From Syntrophorhabdaceae bacterium (GTDB lineage: Bacteria > Desulfobacterota > Syntrophorhabdia > Syntrophorhabdales > Syntrophorhabdaceae), in NCBI GenBank assembly GCA_963665295.1, contig OY762209.1, positions 1,888,001 to 1,952,000 on the forward strand: a stretch of DNA of 64,000 nucleotides, written 5' to 3'. Below the pieces are notes generated by a model. It did not search any database. It had not been told where the DNA came from and saw only the letters and a list, made by a program, of their open reading frames with translations. Numbering within the stretch: the first letter of the stretch is position 1; every line of letters starts with the position of its first letter. Shown here one piece after another: positions 37,613-46,698 of the stretch. The position numbers and the translations under genes are program-made.

Positions 37613-37794
37613 AATGTTTTCTTATTAAGATTAAACGGAAAATCATGGCGGCCTGTCAAGGCATTATCTGCCCCCGCACGGGGCTTATGTATTTAAAAGA
37701 GGACATAACCAATCATTATAGTAAGTTAAATATCACTATGTTGCAAAATAGTACAATGACGGTAAAGCCCATAAATTGAGGAAGAAGCACCGGT

Positions 37795-37835
37795 ATAGTT
37801 TTTTCTTATGGAGCATAAGAAGAACTAAATTGACA
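37795..37835 (+). promoter_or_regulatory. LysR-type operator plus -35 for the ppc operon
   Basis: ATAGTTTTTTCTTATGGAGCATAAGAAGAACTAAATTGACA. Confidence 0.8.
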
Positions 37836-38013
37836 CCCCCCGGGATCGGAGATTTACTAGATGCATGAACACCGGCTCAGGTGAAAAGGGAAAATCCGAT
37901 ACCTGCAAAATACTACAAACCGACGATACTGTCAATAATTCCGCCAAAGAGACGGAACAACGAGGACCGGTAAATTGTGCAGATAACACCAAACTACGCA
38001 AAGGGAGGTATGT

Positions 38014-39429
38014 ATGGATTTAAGGGACTACGTGTCATTATGCGAGAAGGTAGGTCAATTAAAAAGAGTGAAAGCCGAAGTTGACTGGAATCTTGAAATT
38101 TCCCATATCGCGAAGGTCGTGGAGGAGAAATCGGGTCCGGCCCTGCTTTTCGAAAAGGTGAAGGGATATAGCAGCCCGGTGCTCACGGGCGCCTTCGGCA
38201 CCACCGAGAGACTGGCGATGATCCTCGGACAGAAGCCGGACATGTCCATGGTTCAGCTCACCAGGGAGTGGGTGAACCTCTCAGTCAAAGGGGTGATCCC
38301 CGCAAAAGAACAGAAAGACGGTCCCATCTTCGAGAATATCGTTGACGGAAACAAAGTGGACACCTTCGCCTTTCCCTCACCGAAGTTCTACGAACTGGAC
38401 GGCGGACGCTATTTCGGCACCGCGGTGTTCATGGTCATTCAGGACCCGGAGACAGGCGACGTGAACCTCGGCACATACCGGATGGGCATCCTTGACGAAA
38501 AGACCGTGGGCGTTCAGATCCTCAAGGGAAAGAAAGCCGACAGGATCATGAAGAAATACGGGAAGGCCGGCAAGAAAATGCCCGCATGCGCCATCATCGG
38601 CGGTGACCCCCTGCACATCTTTGCGAGCGCCGCCACGGTAACGGGCGCGAAGAGCGGATATGATGTGGTAGGCACCTTGAGGGGCGCGCCGGTGGAAACG
38701 GTAAAATCCCAGATTCACGGGCTTCCCATTCCCGCAGGTGCGGAGATTGTGCTGGAAGGTGAGATCGATCCGAGCCAGCTCAGAAACGAAGGGCCCTTCG
38801 GAGAATACACGGGCTACTACACGGAAGAACTTATCAAACAAATCCCGAAACCCGCTCTGGATATCCAGCGGGTGTACCACAGGAACAACCCGATCCTCTG
38901 GGAGACGAGCGTGGGCCGTCCCGTGGGCGACCAGCACATGCTCTATGCCTTTACGCGGAACGCCTCGCTCTGGAGCGATCTCGTGAAAATGGGAATCCCG
39001 GGTGTCAAGTCCGTCTATACCATGCCGGAGGCTTCGGGGCGCTTCATCGTTGTGGTTTCCGTGAAACAGGCATATCCCGGCCATTCCGACCAGGTAGGAG
39101 CGGCGGTGATCGCGAGTAACACGGGCACCTATGGAATCAAGATGGTGATCATCGTCGATGACGATATCGAAGCAGACGACCTTCCGAGAGTCTGGTGGGC
39201 ACTCGGTACCCGTTACCACGCAAGCAGGGGCACCCAGATTATCAACAGAGGCAGGTCAACCCCACTCGACCCGTCTATCGGTGCCGACGACGATAAGTTC
39301 ATCATGTCGCGTATCATCCTCGACGCAACCATCCCCTACGATTGGAAGATCAAACCCACGGAGATCAAGCTCAACGAGGCTATGGCGGCGCAGGTACAGT
39401 CAAGGTGGGCCGAGTACGGCATAGACTAG
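38014..39429 (+). CDS. ppcB: phenylphosphate carboxylase beta subunit (UbiD family)
   Basis: MDLRD...EVDWNLEISH...GPALLFE; NLGTYR; EGPFGEYTGYY; 471 aa; operon order beta-delta-alpha-gamma-UbiD-UbiX. Confidence 0.85.
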   Translation: MDLRDYVSLCEKVGQLKRVKAEVDWNLEISHIAKVVEEKSGPALLFEKVKGYSSPVLTGAFGTTERLAMILGQKPDMSMVQLTREWVNLSVKGVIPAKEQKDGPIFENIVDGNKVDTFAFPSPKFYELDGGRYFGTAVFMVIQDPETGDVNLGTYRMGILDEKTVGVQILKGKKADRIMKKYGKAGKKMPACAIIGGDPLHIFASAATVTGAKSGYDVVGTLRGAPVETVKSQIHGLPIPAGAEIVLEGEIDPSQLRNEGPFGEYTGYYTEELIKQIPKPALDIQRVYHRNNPILWETSVGRPVGDQHMLYAFTRNASLWSDLVKMGIPGVKSVYTMPEASGRFIVVVSVKQAYPGHSDQVGAAVIASNTGTYGIKMVIIVDDDIEADDLPRVWWALGTRYHASRGTQIINRGRSTPLDPSIGADDDKFIMSRIILDATIPYDWKIKPTEIKLNEAMAAQVQSRWAEYGID

Positions 39430-39503
39430 GCGGCATTACGGGCCCCGGCAGGTATAACGCCCATGCCCGGGGCCCGGCAACAGACAAAAAGGAGGAGATC
39501 GCA

Positions 39504-40061
39504 ATGGCATTTGAAAAAGACATAAACAATGCCCAGGAAAGGGCACGGAAGGTCAAACTCTTCGGTCACGACATTCACGGCGTGTTGACCAACAACAGCC
39601 TCACCTGTGACATCGAAGGGAACAGGCGCTACGGCTTCTGGCACATGGACGGCTTCGGGGACCTCTCCCTTACCGCAAACGAGATGAAGATCGCCTTTCT
39701 CGATACCACTTCCATTGACGGAGAAGGGCTTTTCAGGGCCAAAGAGCTTAAACTCGACAAGTTCTACTACGCCATTAAGGACAAATCGGCGAAACTCGAC
39801 GAACTGGTCAAGGAAATGGGCATAACCTATGCCGACGTGGGGTACCTCGGCGCGGAGATTTCCGACATTCCCATAATGAAGAAGGTCGGTTTCGGCGTTG
39901 CCACGGCCGACGCCATTGATGAAGTGAAGGCCCTCGCCTCCTACGTGACGAACAATGCCGCGGGTAGGGGAGCCATGAGGGAGACCTGCGAAGTTATCCT
40001 GAGGGCCATGGGCAAGTGGGATGGCTGGGTCGAGAAAGTAACCAAAATGGGATACAAATAG
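39504..40061 (+). CDS. phenylphosphate carboxylase delta-like subunit 1 (KdsC-type HAD, degenerate motifs)
   Basis: GGAGGAG RBS; HDIHGVLTN; YLGAEISD; AGRGAMRE. Confidence 0.78.
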   Translation: MAFEKDINNAQERARKVKLFGHDIHGVLTNNSLTCDIEGNRRYGFWHMDGFGDLSLTANEMKIAFLDTTSIDGEGLFRAKELKLDKFYYAIKDKSAKLDELVKEMGITYADVGYLGAEISDIPIMKKVGFGVATADAIDEVKALASYVTNNAAGRGAMRETCEVILRAMGKWDGWVEKVTKMGYK

Positions 40062-40071
40062 GGGGTGAGCC

Positions 40072-40602
40072 ATGGGTAAAGCAGAAGCCATAGAAAAAGC
40101 GAAAAAGGTGAAGTTCGTCATTCTCGACATACACGGGGTACTGACCGATAATACCCTTTATTACACGCAGGAAGGGACCAAATCGGAGTCCTTTTCCCTT
40201 CACGACCGCCTGGGCATAAGGGCCCTGACGGAGCAGGGCATACCCGTCTCCTTTCTCACCACGAAGATATCCCGCGCCGACGAGCAGATGGGAAAGATCT
40301 ACGGCATTCCGCCGGAGAGACTCTGGGGCCAGGGGGCAAAAATGGCGAGGATCGACCAGTTTCAGCAGGAGACAGGCTACAAGGACGAGGATATCTGCTA
40401 TGTGGGCGACGAGATGATCGACCTCGCGGTAATGAAGCGTTCCGGGTTCTCCGCAGCCCCTGCGGACGGTTCTCAGGAGGCAAGAGGCGTGGCGGACTAT
40501 GTGACGAATGCAGGCGGCGGCAAAGGGGTAGTGCGGGAACTGGCCCAATTCATACTTGAAGCACAAGGAAAATGGAGCAAATTCGTAGAAGAGTTCAAAT
40601 AA
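40072..40602 (+). CDS. phenylphosphate carboxylase delta-like subunit 2 (KdsC-type HAD)
   Basis: ILDIHGVLTD; YVGDEMID; GGKGVVRE. Confidence 0.82.
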   Translation: MGKAEAIEKAKKVKFVILDIHGVLTDNTLYYTQEGTKSESFSLHDRLGIRALTEQGIPVSFLTTKISRADEQMGKIYGIPPERLWGQGAKMARIDQFQQETGYKDEDICYVGDEMIDLAVMKRSGFSAAPADGSQEARGVADYVTNAGGGKGVVRELAQFILEAQGKWSKFVEEFK

Positions 40603-40617
40603 CTGGAGGAAAGCGGT

Positions 40618-42063
40618 ATGGCCAATAAATATTACAAAGACAACAGAGCATTCATAGAGGCGTTGCAGAAGACAGGCGACGCGATAGTGGTGGACCAGGA
40701 GGTCGATTGGGACCTCGAAATGGGCGCCATAGTGAGAAGGGTGTGCGAGAGGAAAGGTCCGTCCCCCTATTTCAAGAAGATAAAGGATTATGAAGGGTTT
40801 GAGGCAGTGGGCGCGCCCCTGGCGAATTACCGAAAGCTCGCGGTAGCCATGGGTCTCGATCCGGAAACCCCGGTGCCCGGTATTGCCGCCGAGTATCTCA
40901 AGAGGGCCGCTACCCAGCCTATCATGCCGAAGATCCTGGACAAGAAGGACGCTCCGGTGAAGGAGGTAATCCTTCAGGGCGATGACGCCAATATCATGAA
41001 TCTCCCCGCCCCCATGGTGCACGACGGCGACGGCGGCAGATACATATGCACCTGGCACTTCGTGGTGGCCAAGGACCTGGATACGCCCACCCTCAATTGG
41101 GGCATGTACCGCCAGATGCTCTTTGATGAAAAAACCATGGTAGGCCCCGTGCTACCCTTCTCCGATATGGGCAAGATGTTTTACAACAAGTACACGCCGA
41201 GAAACGTGCCCATGCCTTTCGCCACGGTCATAAACCCTGATCCTCTTTCCGCCATCGCGAGCTGTGCTCCCACGTCGCTGCCGGAAGACCAGTTCACGGG
41301 CATGCTCATGGGCGAACCGGTGGAGGTGGTAAAGTGCGAGACCTGCGACCTCTATGTGCCGGCCCACGCGGAAATCATCATCGAAGGCGTGATAGTGCCG
41401 AACGTTCAGATAGAAGAAGCGCCTTTCGGAGAGTACACGGGGTACAGGACCAGCCCGAGGGAAAAGAGGGCCGTGTACCGGGTAAAGGCCATCACCATGA
41501 GAAAGAAACCGATAATGTCGGTCTCCAATATGGGTATCCCCACGGACGAAGGGCAGCTTCTCAGGTCGTTCTCTCTTGCCCTTGAAATGGACAAACTCCT
41601 GAGGGAGCAGGGTATCCCCATAACGGGCGTCTACATGCTTCCCGAATCGACCCATCACCTGGTGGTTGTGGGCGTGAAACCGGCTTATGCGAACATCGCG
41701 ACCCAGATAGGGCAGATCGTTTTCGGAAGCAAGCTGGGCCCCTGGTTCCATATGGTGGTCGTAGTGGACGAAAAGACGGATATTTACAGCAAGGATGAGC
41801 TTATTCATGCCCTGAGCACGAAGTGTCACCCGAAAAACGGTATCAGGGTGACGGAACACGGCGTGGGCACCCCCCTCAACCCTTACGCGTCACCTGAAGA
41901 AAGGAAGTTCGGGATTGGAGGCAAGGTAGTCTTCGATTGCCTTTTCCCGCCGGAGTGGCCTGCATCGATGGTTCCCATCAAGGTTTCCTTCGACAACGTT
42001 TATCCGAAGGAGATACAGGACAAGGTCATTTCCAACTGGACCAAATACGGATTCAAGGATTAG
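40618..42063 (+). CDS. ppcA: phenylphosphate carboxylase alpha subunit (UbiD family)
   Basis: DNRAFIEAL..TGDA...EVDWDLEMGAIVRR; NWGMYR; EAPFGEYTGYR. Confidence 0.85.
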   Translation: MANKYYKDNRAFIEALQKTGDAIVVDQEVDWDLEMGAIVRRVCERKGPSPYFKKIKDYEGFEAVGAPLANYRKLAVAMGLDPETPVPGIAAEYLKRAATQPIMPKILDKKDAPVKEVILQGDDANIMNLPAPMVHDGDGGRYICTWHFVVAKDLDTPTLNWGMYRQMLFDEKTMVGPVLPFSDMGKMFYNKYTPRNVPMPFATVINPDPLSAIASCAPTSLPEDQFTGMLMGEPVEVVKCETCDLYVPAHAEIIIEGVIVPNVQIEEAPFGEYTGYRTSPREKRAVYRVKAITMRKKPIMSVSNMGIPTDEGQLLRSFSLALEMDKLLREQGIPITGVYMLPESTHHLVVVGVKPAYANIATQIGQIVFGSKLGPWFHMVVVVDEKTDIYSKDELIHALSTKCHPKNGIRVTEHGVGTPLNPYASPEERKFGIGGKVVFDCLFPPEWPASMVPIKVSFDNVYPKEIQDKVISNWTKYGFKD

Positions 42064-42072
42064 GAGGCATCA

Positions 42073-42327
42073 ATGGCTGAATACGATACATATGTACTGA
42101 CAGACTTCGCGGATTTACAGGAAGACGTGGAGATTACCGGCGTGATAAGGGACCTTGCCCCTGGCAGGAAGAAATACCGTTCCACTTACGCAAGGTTCAA
42201 AGTGTCCAAAACTGCGGGTAAATATCCCGACAAACTGCAGGTAAGGTTGGGCAGGGGGCAGCTTGTTCCTACGCCTTGTTCCATAGAAGTGCTGGAATTT
42301 TTCAGCGTCATACCAGAGGGATTATAG
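42073..42327 (+). CDS. phenylphosphate carboxylase gamma subunit
   Basis: 84 aa directly after alpha; IRDLAPGRKKY...YPDKLQVRLGRGQL. Confidence 0.82.
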   Translation: MAEYDTYVLTDFADLQEDVEITGVIRDLAPGRKKYRSTYARFKVSKTAGKYPDKLQVRLGRGQLVPTPCSIEVLEFFSVIPEGL

Positions 42328-42328
42328 C

Positions 42329-43666
42329 ATGGTCGAGTCACTGAGGGACTATCTGAGCTTGATGGAACAGGCGGGCCAGGTCCTGAGGATAAAGGAGAAA
42401 GTCCAGAGGGACGACATCCCCGAACTGATAGAGAACCTCTCCAGGCGCCGTAAGGTGCTGCTCTTCGAGGCGGTGGAACACTACGCATGCCGGCTTGTGG
42501 CGAACCTTGCGCCGACGCACGATGCTTTCAAGATACTCTTCCGGACAGAGGACCCTTACGAGTTTTTCGTGCGCGGCGTTCAAAAGGTGAAAAAAACGGT
42601 GGTGACCGCGAGAAGGGGGTTTCAGACTATCAGGATGGCGGAAAAAGACCTTATGGACTTTCTCCCCGTGCTTAAGCATTACGAGTTGGATTCCGCGCCC
42701 TTCATCACGAGCGCAATCATCTCGGCCGCCGACCCGGACACGGGCGCGATGGGCCGGGGAATACACAGGATGGAGTACAGGGGAGGGAACCGGTTGGGTA
42801 TCACCCTCCTTAACCCGCCCCTTACCACCATCTTTCGTAAATATATTGAAAGAGGGTTGAAGATGCCCGTGAGCATCAGCATAGGCGTTGACCCCGGCAT
42901 GTTCATCGCCATGGCCCTCAAGGTGCCCCAGGGGGGCGACAAACTCGAGGCCGCGGGTGGATTGAGGGGCGAGGCGATAAGGGTTATCCCGTCCTTTGAT
43001 ACCCATGTGGAGGTGCCGGAGTCATGCGAGTTTCTCCTTGAAGGGTATGTGGATGAGACGCGTATGAAACAGGACGGTCCTATGGGTGAGATAAGCGGCT
43101 ATTACATGTCTCTCCATGAGACACCGACGGTGGTGGTGGAAAGGCTCTCTCACGTGGAGTCCCCCATATACCATGCCCTTCTCCCCACGTGCCCGGAAGC
43201 GGACATGTACCTTACTTTTATAAGCAGGGCCCACATCGAGGAGAGTTCGAGGAAACTTTTCTCTTCCATTACAAACCTTACCTTCGTACCGAAGACCTTC
43301 GGGTCGTCCCTCGTGGTAAATGTGGCGCCCACGGAAAAATTCAAGATAAGAAATATGATCCTTTTTCTGCTCACATTCCAGATGATCAAGAAGGTGGTGG
43401 TAGTTGACGAGGACGTCAACCCCGAAGACCTGAGCGATGTGGAGTGGGCGGTAATTACACGGTGCAGGGCAGAGGAGGACATCATCATCCTCGACCGCCT
43501 GCAGGGGCAGCCCATCGACCCCACAGCCCAGGAGGTTTACGGGGTGAGCAAGATGGGGATCAATGCCACTCAGACGGGCAAAAACATTCAGGCCAGGGCG
43601 CGCGTTACAGCAGGGGACAGCCAGAGAATCAAAAGTATCTTACAATCCATGGGAGGCGTGGAATGA
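42329..43666 (+). CDS. UbiD-family (de)carboxylase
   Basis: GRGIHR, DGPMGEISGYY, KKVVVVDEDV, VEWAVITR. Confidence 0.88.
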   Translation: MVESLRDYLSLMEQAGQVLRIKEKVQRDDIPELIENLSRRRKVLLFEAVEHYACRLVANLAPTHDAFKILFRTEDPYEFFVRGVQKVKKTVVTARRGFQTIRMAEKDLMDFLPVLKHYELDSAPFITSAIISAADPDTGAMGRGIHRMEYRGGNRLGITLLNPPLTTIFRKYIERGLKMPVSISIGVDPGMFIAMALKVPQGGDKLEAAGGLRGEAIRVIPSFDTHVEVPESCEFLLEGYVDETRMKQDGPMGEISGYYMSLHETPTVVVERLSHVESPIYHALLPTCPEADMYLTFISRAHIEESSRKLFSSITNLTFVPKTFGSSLVVNVAPTEKFKIRNMILFLLTFQMIKKVVVVDEDVNPEDLSDVEWAVITRCRAEEDIIILDRLQGQPIDPTAQEVYGVSKMGINATQTGKNIQARARVTAGDSQRIKSILQSMGGVE

Positions 43667-44244
43667 GCAGGATCGTGGTGGGAATATCAGGTGCAACGGG
43701 AGTGGTATACGGGATAAGGATGCTGAAGGCCCTCTATGAGAGCGGCGTGGAGACCCATCTCGTGATTACTCAGTCGGCTGTGAGAAACTTGTGCATCGAG
43801 ACAAAGTACACCATGGCCGACCTTGAGCCTTTTGCCTCGACAACCTACGAGATAGACGACGTGGGGGCGGCCATAGCGAGCGGTTCCTTCAAGGTCGACG
43901 GCATGGTCATAGCTCCATGCTCCATCAAGACCCTCTCGGCTGTTGCAAATTCCTTTAACTATAACCTCCTCGTGAGGGCAGCGGACGTGAACCTGAAAGA
44001 ACGGCGGCGGGTCATCCTCATGGTGAGGGAAACACCCTTTCACGAGGGACACCTTGAGCTTATGCTCCGGGTGAGCCGGATGGGCGGCGTGATTATGCCT
44101 CCGGTCCCGGCCTTTTACCATATGCCGAAGACGATCAACGATCTGATCGATCAGAGCGTGGGCAAGGTGCTCGACTTTTTTTCCATCGATGCCCACCTGT
44201 TCACGAGGTGGGGAAGCAAGGAAGAGATAAGGGTCGTGAACTGA
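43663..44244 (+). CDS. ubiX: flavin prenyltransferase
   Basis: VGISGATG, IASGS, APCSIKTLS, RAADVNLKERR, RETP, PPVPAFY; ATGA overlap with the upstream gene. Confidence 0.94.
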   Translation: MSRIVVGISGATGVVYGIRMLKALYESGVETHLVITQSAVRNLCIETKYTMADLEPFASTTYEIDDVGAAIASGSFKVDGMVIAPCSIKTLSAVANSFNYNLLVRAADVNLKERRRVILMVRETPFHEGHLELMLRVSRMGGVIMPPVPAFYHMPKTINDLIDQSVGKVLDFFSIDAHLFTRWGSKEEIRVVN

Positions 44245-44268
44245 ACCCGGAGAAAGAGTGAAAGAGAG

Positions 44269-44646
44269 ATGAAGATAAAAGGCAAGGTAGTCAAAGGCGT
44301 AGGCGAATCTCCGGGTTTCCTTTCCATCGGCTGGGTGGACGAGCAGTTGCGGGAGAAGCTCAAGTTTCAGCCCTATCGGGGCACCCTGAATCTGGCCGTG
44401 GAGGCCGCAGACATTCAGGGCATCCTGAAGGAAAAGGGCAGGGACAGACTTGTCTCAAAGGAACAGGGGTTTTGTGATGCGATCCTTGTGAAGGGCAGGA
44501 TAAATGACATCTATGAATGCGGGGTCGTTATTCCCCTTGTGGAACAATACGACGAAAGGCTTTTGGAAGTTGTGGCGCCGGTCCACCTGAAGCGTGCGCT
44601 TCAGGTGGACGACGGTGACGAGGTGACCTTAAGTCTGGATATCTGA
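44269..44646 (+). CDS. ribK: CTP-dependent (archaeal-type) riboflavin kinase
   Basis: GKVVKGVGE...FQPYRGTLNL...LEVVAPVHLK...DGDEV. Confidence 0.82.
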   Translation: MKIKGKVVKGVGESPGFLSIGWVDEQLREKLKFQPYRGTLNLAVEAADIQGILKEKGRDRLVSKEQGFCDAILVKGRINDIYECGVVIPLVEQYDERLLEVVAPVHLKRALQVDDGDEVTLSLDI

Positions 44647-44803
44647 CCGCCTCTGAGTGAACTTCTCATCATTGAGAGGGAGAACGGTAGTGCCCCTTCA
44701 GTAAGGAAGGGACAGTACCGTTTCCCGCCGAAGGGTATTTTTGGAAACGTGAGGGGAGACTTTGGCTCCCCGGCGGGATAAACACATAAAAAAAGGGGGA
44801 TTT

Positions 44804-45916
44804 ATGGAGAATCAAGAGACAGCCAGCAAGATCGGCATCGGCCCTGAAGGCAGAATGGGCGGATTTATTCAGTTCATCGTAATTGCGGCCCTCGGCACCA
44901 TGGTATTCGTATATGGCGTATCACCGGAGACGATCGTCTTCAAGTTCCTTCCGGGAACGCTCATCATGCTTATCGTGATGGGACAACTCGCTCTTCTGGG
45001 GGACAACTGGCCGCTCGCACCTCCCGGGGGAAGCTGGGCGCCCGGAAAATCGCGTCTGGCAGCGGGCCTGGGGATGACGCTCCTCTGGGCTGTTCTTACT
45101 ACGGCCATGCTTCTCTTCATGATGTACGTCGCGCCGAAATGGGATATGGGACCTCTCTATCTCTGGTTCGGGGCCATAGGCTTCTGGGCCACCCTTTTAT
45201 ACGGGATAAACTGGAACGGCTGGCCCCTTAAGGGAAGGCTGCCCCCGTGGGGTGTGGCAACAGGGGGGTTCGTGATTATCATGATCGTCGCCATGCTGAT
45301 CTGGAATTTCCTCACCAACCTTGACGGGACGCCCTTTGAGAATACGCCCATCAACCACAAGGGGCCCTTTAATGTGAACTGGCTCACGGGATACATAGTG
45401 TGGTCCATTGCGTGGTTTTTCGTATTCAGCCCGGTCTTCAACACCCAGGGGTTCCCCTTCACCAGATGGCGCCATCCGCTGGGGGCGCTGGGTCAGACCA
45501 TACTTGCCCACATCCTCGGGCTCATATGCTGGAACGGGAGTCTGGCCCTCGGGATGAGCCCGTCCTTTTCTTTCGGGGCAGTGGCATCGTCTATTATCTT
45601 CTGTTCCCTGGTCTATTCATGGCATTTCCAGTTCTGGGGAATATCGAAGCTGACCAACGGCACAAGGGCAATTGCGGCCATGGTCACCATATTCGTGATA
45701 GTCGCCGTCTGGATCGGCATATGCAACGTGGTGCTCAAGGCCGCGGCCAACAGCATTGCGGCCCTGAAGCTCCCCGCGGACATCAACATTCTTATCATCT
45801 ACCTTAACCTGTGCATCGTGGGACCCGCGTTGATTGCCCATAACGCATTCTGGCTGAGGTGGCCCCTCACGCTGCCCGCGCCTCCGGGAACACCGCCTCC
45901 GGAACAGAGCGCCTGA
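44804..45916 (+). CDS. polytopic membrane protein, putative transporter
   Basis: About 10 hydrophobic segments with recurring W/F-P-L/F motifs (NWPL, GWPL, GFPF, RWPL). Confidence 0.75.
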   Translation: MENQETASKIGIGPEGRMGGFIQFIVIAALGTMVFVYGVSPETIVFKFLPGTLIMLIVMGQLALLGDNWPLAPPGGSWAPGKSRLAAGLGMTLLWAVLTTAMLLFMMYVAPKWDMGPLYLWFGAIGFWATLLYGINWNGWPLKGRLPPWGVATGGFVIIMIVAMLIWNFLTNLDGTPFENTPINHKGPFNVNWLTGYIVWSIAWFFVFSPVFNTQGFPFTRWRHPLGALGQTILAHILGLICWNGSLALGMSPSFSFGAVASSIIFCSLVYSWHFQFWGISKLTNGTRAIAAMVTIFVIVAVWIGICNVVLKAAANSIAALKLPADINILIIYLNLCIVGPALIAHNAFWLRWPLTLPAPPGTPPPEQSA

Positions 45917-45946
45917 GAGAAGAGAGATAATGAGGGGGCATAGCCG

Positions 45947-46360
45947 ATGAACGCGAACGATTGGGGTAAAGAGAGCCGGCCGGTCCGCTCCCGCACCATG
46001 TCGGAAAGCCGGGGGGACCTTGAGATTACGGCAGTGGTCTACGAGCTCGACACTGATTGCCTTGTCATACTCTACGGAGGGACGAGGCCCCACATAGGCG
46101 CGGTGGGCATGGGGCAGGCAAGGCCGAGTCTCAAAAACCCGGAAGAGGCCTCTGCTACGAGCTCGGTCTTCACCTACGTGGGCCACAAGGAAGACATGGT
46201 GGCAAAGGCGGTGTCAGAGGACCTCACCCGCAGAACGGGAAGGAACACGGTCGTCGTGGCCGGCATCCATTGGGATGATTTGTCCGAGGCTGGCATAAAC
46301 CATATCAGGAGTGCGTGCCATGCCCTGACGGACCGGATAGTGAGCGAACTTTCTGCTTAA
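45947..46360 (+). CDS. LpdD-like prenylated-flavin chaperone
   Basis: LYGGTRPHIGAV, GHKED, VVAGIHWD; located in a UbiD/UbiX operon. Confidence 0.72.
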   Translation: MNANDWGKESRPVRSRTMSESRGDLEITAVVYELDTDCLVILYGGTRPHIGAVGMGQARPSLKNPEEASATSSVFTYVGHKEDMVAKAVSEDLTRRTGRNTVVVAGIHWDDLSEAGINHIRSACHALTDRIVSELSA

Positions 46361-46385
46361 GGCAGTACATTGAACCTCCTTGCGA

Positions 46386-46424
46386 TGCCCTCCTGCCCCC
46401 GCCATATACGGGGGCAGGAGGGCA
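46386..46424 (+). terminator. hairpin at the end of the ppc operon
   Basis: TGCCCTCCTGCCCCCG-N7-CGGGGGCAGGAGGGCA, 16-bp stem; no U-tract. Confidence 0.55.
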
Positions 46425-46509
46425 GGACAAGACCGGCAACCCGTCGCGGCGGGGCGCGATAGGGGCCCACTTTTTGACAACTGCCGCTTGTTGTGCTAAA
46501 CCAATACCT

Positions 46510-46698
46510 ATGAAAGTCGAATACAACGGCAAAATCCACGAATTCGAAAAGGCAACGACCGTCCGCAGGCTCCTTGAGCAGATGTCCCTCAATAGGGAAT
46601 CCCATCTCGTGGTGGTAAACAACAAGCTCGTTACCGAAGATTCCCGGCTGGAGAGGGATGACGAGGTAAAATTGATAAGGGTCATTTCCGGCGGATGA
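46510..46698 (+). CDS. ThiS/MoaD-family sulfur carrier (TtuB-like)
   Basis: 62 aa ending VISGG; overlaps the ttuA start (ATGA). Confidence 0.85.
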   Translation: MKVEYNGKIHEFEKATTVRRLLEQMSLNRESHLVVVNNKLVTEDSRLERDDEVKLIRVISGG

